Source: Azolla caroliniana (taxonomy: Eukaryota > Plantae > Polypodiophyta). Taken from it: a DNA stretch of 64,000 bases. The translations under genes were made by a program, and so were the position numbers. The stretch covers positions 15,376,001-15,440,000 of the forward strand of contig JBHGNT010000005.1 in the NCBI GenBank assembly GCA_043228905.1. The letters run 5' to 3'. The notes beneath the pieces were generated by a model. The model was not told where the DNA came from, ran no database searches, and saw only the letters and a list, made by a program, of their open reading frames with translations. Below, one piece after another: positions 44,743 to 57,062 of the stretch; positions within the stretch are counted from its first letter, which is position 1; each line of letters starts with the position of its first letter.

Positions 44743-47555
44743 TTACATAGCAGTCAAATCGTCAATGTCATTTTCTTCTCCATCTCTTATAGAAGTCTCT
44801 TGGGCCATACGTGCATTGTCTTCCCCTATTAGTCGAGCCAACGTAATATCTTCTATAAGCTCATCATCAAGCTCTATTAGCTCCCCCGGTTCCCCGGCTA
44901 ACGAAGGAATAGGCTCTCGGGAAGTAGGTTGAAACCTTTCGGTATCAGCGAGGTTCTTTGCACCGACCTCCTTGTCCTGGTCTAGGCACTCGCACAAAGC
45001 CTTAATCCCCATGTTTATAAATATAACTTGCTCCTCGTCCTTCTCCAATGCAACTGTGTTTATGAAGAGCTTCAATGCACATGCAGATGTGTTGGGATTT
45101 CGGTCCCTCCGGATGGGATGTCCGGAGATGAATGACGGCAAGCCTGGTTGTGGTTACGGAGCCGGATGATGAAGACCCCGGTTACGGAGCCGGATGATGA
45201 AGACCCCGGTTACGGAGCCGGATGACGAATGTACCCAGAGAGAGATCCGGATGCGGAGACATATTTGTGAATATGTTTGCCAAGAGCCCTTGAGGCTATA
45301 TTTGTAAATAGCCCGAAAGTCATATGTGTATAAATATGACTTAGGGCAAACAGTTAAGTCTGTTGTTGCTCATTTTCTGTTTTCCACTAAGAGGGAGCGA
45401 AGTGAGAGCAGCCGAGAGAGAGTGAGAGAGAAGGAGGAAGGAAGAGGTCGACGCCTCTGTGTAATACCGCCGCCTGAGGCGAGGACAGCGAGCTCAAGGT
45501 CGTCGCCTTGCAGCTCGCCATTGTACATTCCCGCGTATAGTGATAGTTGGAGTCTTGCACTCCCGTGGTTTTTCCCATTTAGGGTTTTCCACGTAAAACA
45601 TCCAGTGTGCCCTTCTCTCTATTGTTTTTCGTGCATTGTTGTATTTCCCGTTTTCTGTGAATCGATCCTGTTCCTCGGTTGTGGCCGAGCACGGAAGTAC
45701 GACAAGATGTTGTCCCTTTGAAGAAAGCAACAAGAAGAATTAGTTTTCAAACAAAAAAGAATCAGTACTGGTTATCTCAAGATCGTTAACCTAGTTCGAG
45801 GAATACTTGTGCTAGAAAAGAGGTCTAATATCCAATCTCCTTCTACAGAAAACATGTCAATCAAGCGCATCGTAAGTCGTTGAGGTTTTTGGTATGGGTT
45901 GACAAATCCCTATTCTGTCGTGGTGACATGTCGCAATTTCTGTGTCACTACTGGATATACCAACAGATTTGAACCTCCCACTTCATTAGAATGCTCCTTG
46001 ATTCTTTGTTTCTTTATTTCATCGAAGTAGCCAACTGTAATGTATTCAATGACATTTACGAACCGAAAGGTTGGCCCTCTATTGACATTGGTTTTTATCC
46101 TATAACAAATATTGCATCGAGTTAAGAATAGACTGAACAATATTAAGAAAGGCCATATAGTGAATGAGACTTATAAATAATCCTTACCATGCAAGGTTCT
46201 CGATGCCATGGCAACGAGATCTCAAAGCTTGAGCTACCGAGTACCCTTGGTCCATACTATGAAAGACAACTATCCTCCACAAGGACGCAATCGTTAGCTC
46301 AGAAAAATCCTGGGCATCTTCTTTAATTGTTTGAACCTAAAAGGTTCATCGTCGTATGATGACCATGCCATTCGAAATACGTATGTAATATCAGCAACCA
46401 TTATCGTATATTCCTTCTTTGGCACTTTTTGGATCATGTCAACGACATCGCCGCAAATCACGTTGTAGTAAAGATCTCTAGTAATGTCCTTTTTGTGGCT
46501 AAATTTTTTGAAGGAGCCATCTTCCTCAAATTTGTATGCCTTGACTAAGCGACGATCCTTTTCTTTTCTAGCTCTCTTGAGATGTGCAAGGAAGGATGTT
46601 GGGAAACCGTGTATATCCTTAACTTCTTGTTTCTTGCCATGACACGATTTCTAATAGAAGCAATAAGACATCAAGTATTATTACCCAACCTCTACATATG
46701 AGGAACACTTAATGAAAAACACCAATACTAACCCAATCCTTGAATGCAATAAAATACTCGGATAACGGCTTATATGAAGACGTTAGAGGATAATCCACGA
46801 TCACTTGTTCCCAAGTTATACATCCAAGTTGTTTCATCATAACTTCTTGGATCTTCATGTACACCTTATGATTGTGAAATTAGAAAACGAGATTAGAACT
46901 TTCAATTGCACCATATTGAATTCAATATCACTATTTGGAAGACTTACTTATTGAACTTAGTGACTATTTCTTCAAGGCTTAATTGTTTCGCCACAACCCT
47001 TGACAAAATAGACACAACAAGTTGTTTGTCCTTAATACCTTGCATCACTCTCCACAGAGACAACTTCATGTCGTCAGCCGCTTCTTCAATTGTCAAATCA
47101 ATTTTCTTGGCCGCTTGTGACTTTAATTTTAGTTGAGGGTCTACCTTACATTTCTTTTGTCGTTGACCCTTGACCTCCTTATTCTCCCACATTGAGAAGA
47201 TTTGATCTTGTAGGTCCCGTACTTCTTCATCTCTAAAGGCAAGTTGAAACTAGGACTCATATTTCCGAAGACAATCCGACTTAACATTATCATCCACCAC
47301 ACTGCTGACCTCATGAAGGCATTGACGTCGTAGGCCGGGGTGTAGCTTCACACAAAACTTTTGTTTGACGTCCAAGTATTCATGGTGGAAGAACCTTATC
47401 TATTCAATAGATGACATTTTCAGCCTATAGTCGTTGTCGTTGTTGTAGTCCCATGCCAAAAGCTTTGCCTTTTCAGTTGTGAGGCCCACGTATATTTTGC
47501 ACTCGGCATACTTGAAGAAGAAAGTCGTTGGATGCTTGTTACCGATTACGAACAC
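44743..47555 (-). pseudogene. Spliced beta-class N4-cytosine/N6-adenine DNA methyltransferase (N6_N4_Mtase-like) with ParB-like N-terminal segment; exons ~47555-46948, 46871-46733, 46650-46188, 46099-45807, 45089-44743
   Basis: YNVICGDVVDMIQKVPKKEYTIMVADITY (motif IV, DPPY-type), VNPYQKPQRL (motif X), EGDWILDLFSST/TSACALKL...ALEKDEEQ (motifs I-II); GT-AG introns in matching phases; several stops and one frameshift. Confidence 0.85.
45090..45732 (+). mobile_element. Copia solo LTR (643 bp) with 28-bp x3 repeat, at the last intron/exon junction of the MTase gene
   Basis: TGTTG...CAACA ends; TATA near 45329; similar to LTRs at 60413 and 62216; flanks AGATG/AGAAG. Confidence 0.85.
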
Positions 47556-48054
47556 TGTCTACGCTCAGTCCTTCGAGGTAGACCTCAAGGTGACCGTGTT
47601 ACAAGGAATGGAACCGTCCTAGCGTAAATCGTAATGGGATACCACCTTGTATCCTGGTAGCTTATAAGGGAGACGGCTACAATCGAACTCCTCAAGAAGT
47701 GCACTAGTATATGCACTTACGCTTACACACACTTACGATTAAATAGTACGCAGTAGAGAAACAATGGACTATCACATAGATAGACACAGGTATGCACAGA
47801 GATCAGAGAAGATAGGATTCTATTAGAAAACGTCCTGCACTCAAAATTACATGCTACCCTTTTCAAAGGGTTTTTGCCCCTTATATACACAGGGCTTTTA
47901 ACCAGTTACACTCCTAGCGGGAACCGTTACATGTGCTTCTTAACGTTTTTACTATATTATAGTATTTCTGTGCTTTTGTCTGTCAGTTACGATTCTGGCG
48001 GACAACACCTGGCACGCTTGTGGGACAGTGCCATGGCACGTCGGACCCATCCCT

Positions 48055-50950
48055 CTATTCATCCTCCAAAAAATCTTGGATGTTTGGTTTTGCTCGTATG
48101 TTTTGGTCTGGGGACGGCGTAGTGCCTGTAGCCGCGTCATTGCTTGGTTGCACGTCTAGTGCTTGCTCGGTCGTTGTGGGGGTTTCCATGGCGTCAAATT
48201 CTCCCTGTGTGGTCGGACCTGACTCTGCTACCTCATTTCTTTCTACTGTGGCTGGCTCTTCCGTCTGCGGGCTCGCGGTAGGTTGAGGCTTTGTCCTGTC
48301 CGTATCCTCCTTAGTTGTGCCGACTGTAGTTGTCATCTCCGGTGAATTGGGTTGAGGTTCCTCCTGTTCGGAGGAGTCTCTATCTGCTATCGCGATGGGC
48401 TCCGCTCTCTACCGTGTGCTGCCTGCCTCCATGATTCAGTGAAACATATCCTCCTGACTCTCACCGAAATCTTCCAGTAGCTGTGCGAGTTCCTCGAAGT
48501 GTTGGTCCACGAGCGCGCGATAGTCTTTTGCAAGCTCCTCTCATATTGCCACGATGCTGTCGTCATTGAGCTTGTAGAAGCCTCGACCTTCCTTTCGTCG
48601 GTTTTCGCAATCCACCCGATATGTATGAAGTTTTGCTGCTTGCGCTGCCCATGCCGTCCATCCTTTGTCTAGCGTCGTTTTTAGTTGCGCCATCAACCTC
48701 TACCGATTTGTTTGAAGAAGTATGCGTACGTTATCTGTTATCACTTGGTTCTGCTTCTTCCAGGGTTTTTTTGAGGTTTTCGATTTCTCGCTTATTAACC
48801 GCAACCGCTTCATCATAATGGTTTTTCATCTCTGCCCATGTCTGGGATTCTTGCAAGTGTAATTCCTCCAGCTGACCCATTTCATTATTCAGGCGGACTT
48901 CTACCTGATGCATCACCTCTCGTTCATGTACGAGTTCCTCGTCGTACCACACTTTCTTCTTTTCCAATAACTCCCGGAGTCCTGAGATCGCCGATTCCGA
49001 CTTTTAGGCTTCCTCCTGTAGCTTGATGTTTCTTCTTTCGTGTTGGTGTGCGATGCTACCTCCGCTTCGAGTTTCTCTTCGAGTGCCTTCACTGCCCTTC
49101 GGCCTTTGGCCCGAATGTCATTTTTTCTGTCGGAGGATTGGCGGAGTTCAGCGCGAAGGCGTTAATCTCGGACTCTGCAAGTTGCGTAGCCCTTTTTGCT
49201 TTAGCGGCGATGGCCTTTTGTGCTGCAATCTCCTCTTGTAGGGTTATTGATGGGTCTTCACCTTTTGCTGGTTTTGGGTTTTCCTCCACCTCACCCATTT
49301 CATTGTTCAGGCGGACTTCTACCTGATGCATCACCTCTCATTCATGTACGAGTTGCTTGTCATACCACACTTTCTTCTTTTCCAATAACTCCCGGAGTCC
49401 TGAGATCGCCGATTCCGACTTTTAGGCTTCCTCCCGTAGCTTGATGTTTCTTCTTTCGTGTTGGTGTGCGATGCTACCCCCGCTTCGAGTTTCTCTTCGA
49501 GTGCCTTCACTGCCCTTCGGCCTTTGGCCCGAATGTCATTTTCTCTGTCGGAGGATTGGCGGAGTTCAGGGCGAAGGCGGTTAATCTCGAACTCCGCAAG
49601 TTGCGTAGCCCTTTTTGCTTTAGCGGCGATGGCCTTTTGTGCTGCAATCTCCTCTTGTAGGGTTATCGATGGGTCTTCACCTTTTGCTGGTTCTGGGTTT
49701 TCCGGTGCCCTAGTGACGTTGTGTTCGAGGTCCATAATGCGCTCTTGGGCCTTCTGTAATTGGGCTTGAGTCAGCTTGACTGTTTTCCAAACGTTTTTAT
49801 TCTTGTTAGCCATATCCTTGGCCCCCACACTAACTCTAGCCAACTCCCGATGACCAGGGCCGCATACAATGGAGGTAGTTCAATGCCCATACGCCGAATC
49901 CCTGCATTCCGTTGCCTGCCTACCTTGGCTAGAGGCCCTTCATCATCACTTTCTGTTGTGCGTGTGAGTGCACGCTCAATCATCTGTTGTTCTGCGTGCT
50001 CCTCCGCCAATCTCTCGGATACCTTAATTTGTCTCTTTCCGTCGTGAGTACATCTTTCCCATGCTGCGACTGGGCCGTAATGATCGGCCGTGGTTCCTGG
50101 ATTATTCTAACTTCTGATGTTGGGCTCCGTAGCTGCGGAACTGTCGACCAAGGAGGTCATGTTTGTGTCCCCGGTTGTGTCTTTAACTAGTCTGCGCCCA
50201 TCTTTCCGGTCCTGCCTATGCCGTTTTGGCCTTAGGCTATCCTGGCATTGCTCAGCTTCCTGCTCATGCGTGGCTTCCTCCCTGCTTGCTGACCGTTGTT
50301 CCTGAGTTGTTTGCGTTATGGGTTGGGAAGGTTGTGTTTCGTCTTCACATTCCGTCGTAGCCAACTCTGCTAACCACCGTTTCATGGAACATGGCGGCGG
50401 TGTGGGTTTACTAGGTTGTGGTGCGGGCAGACCTCGAGGTGGAAATAGTATCGTTAGATATTGTTGTATGATTGGCCTTAGCTTTATGCCCTCCTAATAC
50501 GCGTGCAAGCCTTCCCGTAAAGCTGGTCCCGGAATTATCCCCCAATCGACTGCGCGCCCTTCGAAGGTATCAATGATGATGCCTGCCTTCTGCTTTGGCA
50601 TCCCATAGACATTTACGTGCATGAATCCTATCTCTAGCAAGAACTTGACTATTTCTTGAAAGAAGGGGTCGGGGATTTCTTTCGTCCTATATGCTTTGGC
50701 GGACACCGAATATGCCCTGAAATATTTCTACAGGGTTTCCGCAGGAGGGATGTCAAAATGTTTCTCCCCAGTTGATGATAAGTCAAGCTTCTTCTAGATG
50801 GTAGCGTTGGTGACCGTGTCTATGTTGAGCTTCTTGGCAATTTCCAGGGCTTCAGGGTGAGCAGGCGCCTCAACGACTTTGATGTATCCATCCAGTCTCT
50901 TTTCGAGGAGCCATCTACGCAAGGCGGCGGAAATAGTGATCGGCATCATA
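48055..50950 (-). pseudogene. Extra ORF downstream of gypsy integrase (globular N-terminal part plus coiled-coil/acidic part), decayed
   Basis: Chain of same-strand ORF pieces from MMPITIS... through ...GRAVDWGII... and E/K/Q-rich helices to QDFLEDE*. Confidence 0.6.
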
Positions 50951-51942
50951 GGTGGATGAGGCTCGTGAGTAGTGGGTGAGGGTTGCTGGCTATGGCGGAT
51001 GTGGGCTCTGTGGTATGATGGGGAGTGAGGTGAGTGGGGAGAGTGACGAGGCCTAAGGGTTGAAGATTGTTTTCTATACTGTGTAGAAAACCTTCTGCTT
51101 TCCTCTTTTTGTGGCCTAGGGTTCATTGGCCTGTGTGTCATCGTGGTGCCACGTGTTCTTGCTCTAGAAGTTTGTGCATGCATCAAGTCCTTTTAATATC
51201 GTCACTATCTTCTCTTTCTTTTTTTTCTTTTGTAACGGTTAAGTACAATATTATTGTTACACTATAATACAACTGGGTCCCTTTAATTAATCCATGCATT
51301 CTTCGGCCATGTCTTCTATGGAGTGGAATGGGTTTGGTGGCATAGGTCCCAGGTAGGGTTTCAATCGAAACCCATTCACCTTTTGTGGTGCCTAATTGAA
51401 ACGTGTCGTTTTCTGCTCCAACTATCCAGTACGGCCCCGTCCAACGAAATCTTAATTTACTTGGCATTTGCCCCATCCGTGTTTGAAAGACCAAGATTGC
51501 TTTGCCGACTGCAAAATCTTTTTCACGCGCATTTCGATACCGGTCCATGAATGCTCTACGCCTACGATGCTCTTGTTCCAGTATGGCCATGCTGCATAAC
51601 CGTGTCTTGCCTAGTTCGAGCAACTGTTGTAGCCGTATTTGTTCGGACTTGTCTTTTGATAGCCGGTCCCGTACCTGAATCCGTAGTTTGGGTACCTGAA
51701 ATTCGACTTGCATTATGTCCTCTAGCCCAAATGCTAGCTGGAAAGGTGTGGATTGTATGCTAGTCTTATAGCTGGTTTGGTACGCCCATAACGCATTGTG
51801 TAATTTGGTATCCCAGTCTGTTCTGTTCTCATTGACGATCTTTTTTAGTATGGTTTGTAACGTTTTGTTCGTGGATTCCGCTAAACCATTCACATGTGGA
51901 TAATACGGCATGCTCTTCATATGGACAACGACATAGTGTTGT

Positions 51943-54900
51943 TGTTAAAAATGAAGGTGCGGAAGCGTTAGACAACCGGCTCAGCCGGATAGCAATAGAC
52001 AAAGAGAGAGAGATTAATATGCATGAGTGATAGAGAAAGAGCAGAACAACTTAAATCTATTATCAAAACAATAATAGTTCTCTGTAAAATTCTCTGTACA
52101 TACAACATGCTCAACAACATTATTTATACAAGTCCTAAGAGGATTGACAGAGGTACAACGTACATCAATGATCACACGAGTGTCTGACACGAGGATTGAC
52201 AGAGGTACAATGTACTTCAATGATCACACGAGTGTCTAACACTAACTACGAGACATTAACTACCTAGTAGCCTAGGTTGATACTAGGCTTTCGGTTACTG
52301 CTTGATTCGGCTAACCGGCTCCCCAACTCACCAGCTCACTGATTCGGCTTAGGCTTATTCAGCTGATCCAGATCCGGTTGAGCTTGCCACTCAACACTCC
52401 CCCTCAAGCTCAACTTGAGGTCGGACCGTAGTGTCAGCCAGTTCTTCCACCCGGCTCTTTCCCGTGTCACTCCGCCTGGCTCGCGCTCCTCGTCGGGTCC
52501 GGTCTCGTTTGCCGCGACCCTTCTAATTCTATGCTTCTCGCTGCTGTGACTTCGGCGCTTGCCAATTCGCCAATTCCTTCGTGTTGGTGTCGACTTTCGT
52601 TGCCTTCTCGTTCTCTTGGCCTTGAATTGATCCAGTTCCCCCAAATCCGTCTGTTGAAATGAATCGACTATCTCCGATTCGTTCAAGCTCTTGTCCGAAT
52701 TGGTCGCTCCCGATTCGTCTTCCGGTTCCAGGCCCTTCACCACACCGGACCATGTCCGGGTCTTGGCCTTCTACTTCTGGTCAGCTCTGTCCTTTTTGAC
52801 TCTATCGCCACGGCCTCTTGTTCCGACTTGTTCGGATGTGTCAACTTCCTTTGTCGACTCGTCTCCTTTCTTCTTCTTGTCTCTCCCTTTGTCGGTTCTT
52901 CCCTCACCAGCGTAATCGGCAGTTTTTTTTCCTTTGCCCGTTCTCCCCCTCAAGTGTGGCACGTCGAGATGTTGAACACCAAGCATTCCAGTGAAGTGTT
53001 GCAACTTGTCCGATCCGAGCGGTTTGGTGAACATGTCGAAGTTTGACTTCACCGCTTAGGACACGCTCACATACGATGTGGTAGTGCACCTCTATGTGCT
53101 TTGTGCGAGCATGGAATACGAGGTTTTTGGCGAGCTGTATGTTGCTTATGTTGTCGCAGTAGATCAGGATCGGGTTCAGTACCTTTATCCGCAGGTCTTG
53201 CAGCAATCGTTGAAGCCAAATGGCTTCACAGGTGGCAACGGTAGCGCCCCGGTATTCAGCCTTAGTGCTCGAAAGGGCCATTGTCGGCTGCTTTTGGTTG
53301 CTCCATGCACCAACCGCACTACCAAGGGAAAACATATAGCAGGAGGTGGATCGGTATTCCGATGCATCACCGGCCCAGTTGGCATCGGTGTAGTTGACTA
53401 GCTCTTCAGTTATACCATGCCGATATAACAGTCTCCGGTTCTTCGTGGCACTCACATATCACAAAATTTGATGTGCGCACAGAAGGTGCTCCATGGTCGG
53501 CTTCTGCATATATTGGTTGATCATGCTGACCGGATAACTGATGTTGGGTCGGGTGATTGTCAAATATATAAGGCTTCCGACGATTTGTTGGAACCGCTTC
53601 CAGGCCAGTCCGGAGTCGGGACATAGCTTTTGGTTCCAGTCCAGGGGTGTGGAGATTGGTTGACATTCCGTCATGCCGAACTTGTATAGCATATTCAACA
53701 CATAGTGTCTTTGTGAGAGCAATATGCCTTCGTGGGTTCGGATCACCTCGATCCCAAGGAAATAGTGAAGGTCCCCCAGTTCCTTCATCTCAAATGCTTT
53801 TGATAGCTGGGAGTTGACTAGGCCGCCTCTACGTAGCTCTCCGGCTCACGCACCTTGTTCATGTACGCATAGTGATGCGCCATGTATTCATTGTACCCAT
53901 ACCGCTTCACGGGGTTTTTCTGGCGGGAAGACCGGCTTAACTTATTGTTACCCGGTTTGAGGCCCTTCTTGGCGGGTTCGGTCTTCGTTGCCGAAGATCC
54001 GCCTTCTTCTTTTTCGGAGTCGAATCCGCTCCGATCCGACTCACCATTGTTGGTCTCGTGCTCCGGCATCTTCCTCTTCCCCTTTTCCTTGTGTGTGAAC
54101 CGTCTCCTGGGTTCCTTGCATGAGGGGAACACGGCAGATTCTCCACTACTCACCGGTTCATCTTTCGATTGGTCTATCTGACCCAGTCGCTCATTCGGTC
54201 CGCTCAACCGAAACGATTCTAGACTCACATCTAGAGTCTCGAACCCTTCGTCTTCTAATTGGACCGGTTCAGGCTCACTAGCCTCATCCTCTGGTATCGA
54301 TTCGGGGTCGGAAGTTAGAGCCGGTCAGGCATACCGTGATGTCGTCTCATCAAATTCAACATCCGAGCTAACTTAGACCTGCTTCATCCGGGGGTTATAA
54401 CACTTATACCCCTTTTGCTCATGCGAGTAACTGACCAGGATGCATTTCTCCAACTTTGCATCCAACTTCCTCCGCTTCGCAACCGACACATGCACATATG
54501 CAATGCTACCAAATATCCGAAGGTGTCTCAAATTCGGCTTGCGCCCGAAATACAGCTCATGCGCGGAAACCTTGTCACTGCTCCAGTTTTGAATGTAGAC
54601 GGTCGTCCGGACCGCCTTAGCCCAATAGAAATGGGGCATGATCTTCTCCTCTAGCATTTCCCTTGCCGCATCAACAACTGACCGGTTCTTCCTCTCGGCC
54701 ACACCGTTTTGCTCCGGAGTGTATCTACAGTTGAATTCTCTCCGAATTCCATACTGCTCCAGATAACTGTTGAATTGGCCGGAGAAGTATTCTTTTCCGC
54801 CATCTAATCGCAGGCACTTGATCTTCCTCTCTGTTTCCCGTTGAACCAAGCTTAGAAGGTTTCGGAAACACTCGAAGATTTTTCTCTTCCTCTCGATGAG

Positions 54901-57062
54901 GTAGATCCACGTGTGCCGCGTATAGTTGTTGATGAAGGAGACGAAATATCTACTCCCGCCAAGACTAACGTTCTATGTCGGTCCCCATACATCCAAATGG
55001 ATTAGATCAAGCTTGTTGCGGCTCCTGTTTCGTTCAGTGGGGAATGGAAGCCGGTGTTGTTTCCCGAGTTGGCAGGCTTCACATATTGGGCCTTCCGGCC
55101 ACTAAACTTCGACAAACCGAAAACAACTTGTTTTGTTTGCAAGTATTGAAGCCTCCGGTAATTGACGTGGCCGATCCGCATGTGCCAGAGATCGATGTCC
55201 GATTCAATCTTTTGTCCTTTGGCGAACAAAGAGGTGCTGACGTCATTGGTGTCGAGGATGAACATCCTCCCGTCTCTGCGCCCTTGCGCAATAATCTGGC
55301 GTTCTTCCTCGATGAAGCACCCAAGGTGCGTAAACCGCACTTGCATCCCTTGGTCACCGATCTGACCGACTGACACCAGGTTCTTCGTGATAGTCGGAAC
55401 GTGTAATACGTTCATCAGCTTCCCCCTTTGTCCGGCGTGGCTCAAACGGACTTCTCCGACATGCACGATTGTGTGGGGAGTGTCATCTCCAGTTTTGACG
55501 ACTCCCGATTGTTCTGGTTTCTCCAAGAAAGAGAACCACTCTTTGTGGCTCGTCATGTGATTCGACGCACCAGAATCAACGTACCACACTTCTCCGATTT
55601 GGAAGTGGTCTTCTTCATCGAGTTACCCTCATGTTTCATCACCAAGGCTAGCCTTTTACCGGCTTTTCCGGTTTTGGATCCTCTCGATCCTTCTGCGTAG
55701 TGCGAGTATTGCCAGTTCTCTCTGTTGGCCTTGCCGGATCCAGATCTATTCGAATTGGCGCACTTCTTCCAGCGCTCGCTTTGTTTGTTGCCCTTTTTAT
55801 CATAGTACCAACATTCTGCGTCGGCCCTTGCTTGCCGGTATCCGGCGCCGCCTTGACTCCCCTTGCTTGTGGAGGGTCCAGAACTGTTGCCGGCACGTTC
55901 TCTATGCCTTTGGTTCTGCTCTTGCCGGCCGCTACCATTGCAAGCTGACCTGCCTCGTCCACCACGCCCATGGGGCCGATCTGCCTCTTTGTACAACATC
56001 CGATTGTCGGTGGGTGCACTTGTCGACGCACCGGCGTGGTTCTCCTCTACAAGAAGCATCGACTATAAGTCGAAAAATGACGGCTTATTCTCCCTTGTAC
56101 ATACTGCCGTTCGGAACACTTTGAACTTAGACGCTAGGCCCCCAAGACAGATCTGCACCATCTCATCTTCCTCTACAGTGATGTTGATAGAGGCAAGTGA
56201 GTCACAGATCTCTTTGATTCGGGCCGTGTAATCGGCTACTGACATGTCCTTCTATCGGACATTGCTCAACTCCTGTTGGAGTTGCAGCTTTCGGGCCATA
56301 GTGCTTGCCGCGAAAACTTTCTTCAGGTTTCCCCAAGCTTCTTTTGGCGTCTTGGCATCTCGTACATGGCTCAGCAACTGGTCTCCAACACTGGACGCAA
56401 AACAGTACATCACTTTGCTTGCCAGTTGTTCCCACACTGGGAAGTCCTTGTGTGCCACATCAGGTGTTGTGTCGTTAGCCCCGTTGACATAGCTCCAGTA
56501 ACCATGCCCAAGTAGGTAGTGGTGCATATTGTATGACCAAGATGCGTAGTTGGATTTGTTGAGCTTCTCCACCAAGAGCAAGCTAGCCATTCCTCTGTCC
56601 ATCACTTCTCTTTCAGTTATTACCGGGTCTTAGGGTTTGTCTTTAGATTCTGATGTCGGATGTAGAGGTTCTCAACCCTCACGCTCTAATACTATGTTAA
56701 AAACGAAGGTGCGGAAGCGTTAGACAACCGGCTCAGCCGGATAGCAACAGACACAGAGAGAGAGAGATTAATACGCAAGAGTGAGAGAGAAAGAGCAGAG
56801 CAACTTAAATCTATTATCAAAACAGTAATAGTTCACTATAAAATTCTCTGTACATACAACGTTCTCAACAACACTATTTATACAAGTCCTAAGAGGACTG
56901 ACAGAGGTACAGTGTACTTCAATGATCACACGAGCGTTTGACACTAACTACGAGACATTAACTACCTTGTAGTCTAGGCCAATACTAGGCTTCAGGCTAC
57001 TGCTTGATCCGGCTCATACTTCTGGATGCCGATCCGGATCGGGTTGAGCTTGCCGCTCAACA
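51943..57062 (-). mobile_element. Ty1/copia element D (family of B and C) with ~0.6-kb RT deletion, nested in gypsy E integrase
   Basis: LTRs 51943-52396 and 56695-57062; TSD GTTGT/ATTGT; degenerate Met PBS; gag MDRGMASLL...; YVEAA joins directly to NSQLSKAFEM near 53818. Confidence 0.93.

Larger units (their letters stand above)
43624..47555. mobile_element. Copy 2 of the methyltransferase-carrying TIR transposon; left end intact, right part lost beyond the gypsy insertion
   Basis: TIR AACACGTTCACATTCACAAGTGGAAGGATCGCGCA at 43624 (33/35 to the right TIR of copy 1); shared subterminal TGCACTAGTATCACATG. Confidence 0.88.

Noticed and set aside
45085-45737. AGATG/AGAAG as a clean TSD of the solo LTR
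   Set aside because: One mismatch, and the acceptor plus first codons seen in copy 1 are missing, so an adjacent deletion is likely
44743-47555. Bacterial contamination as the source of the methyltransferase
   Set aside because: The gene has spliceosomal introns, plant LTR insertions and two copies inside TIR elements
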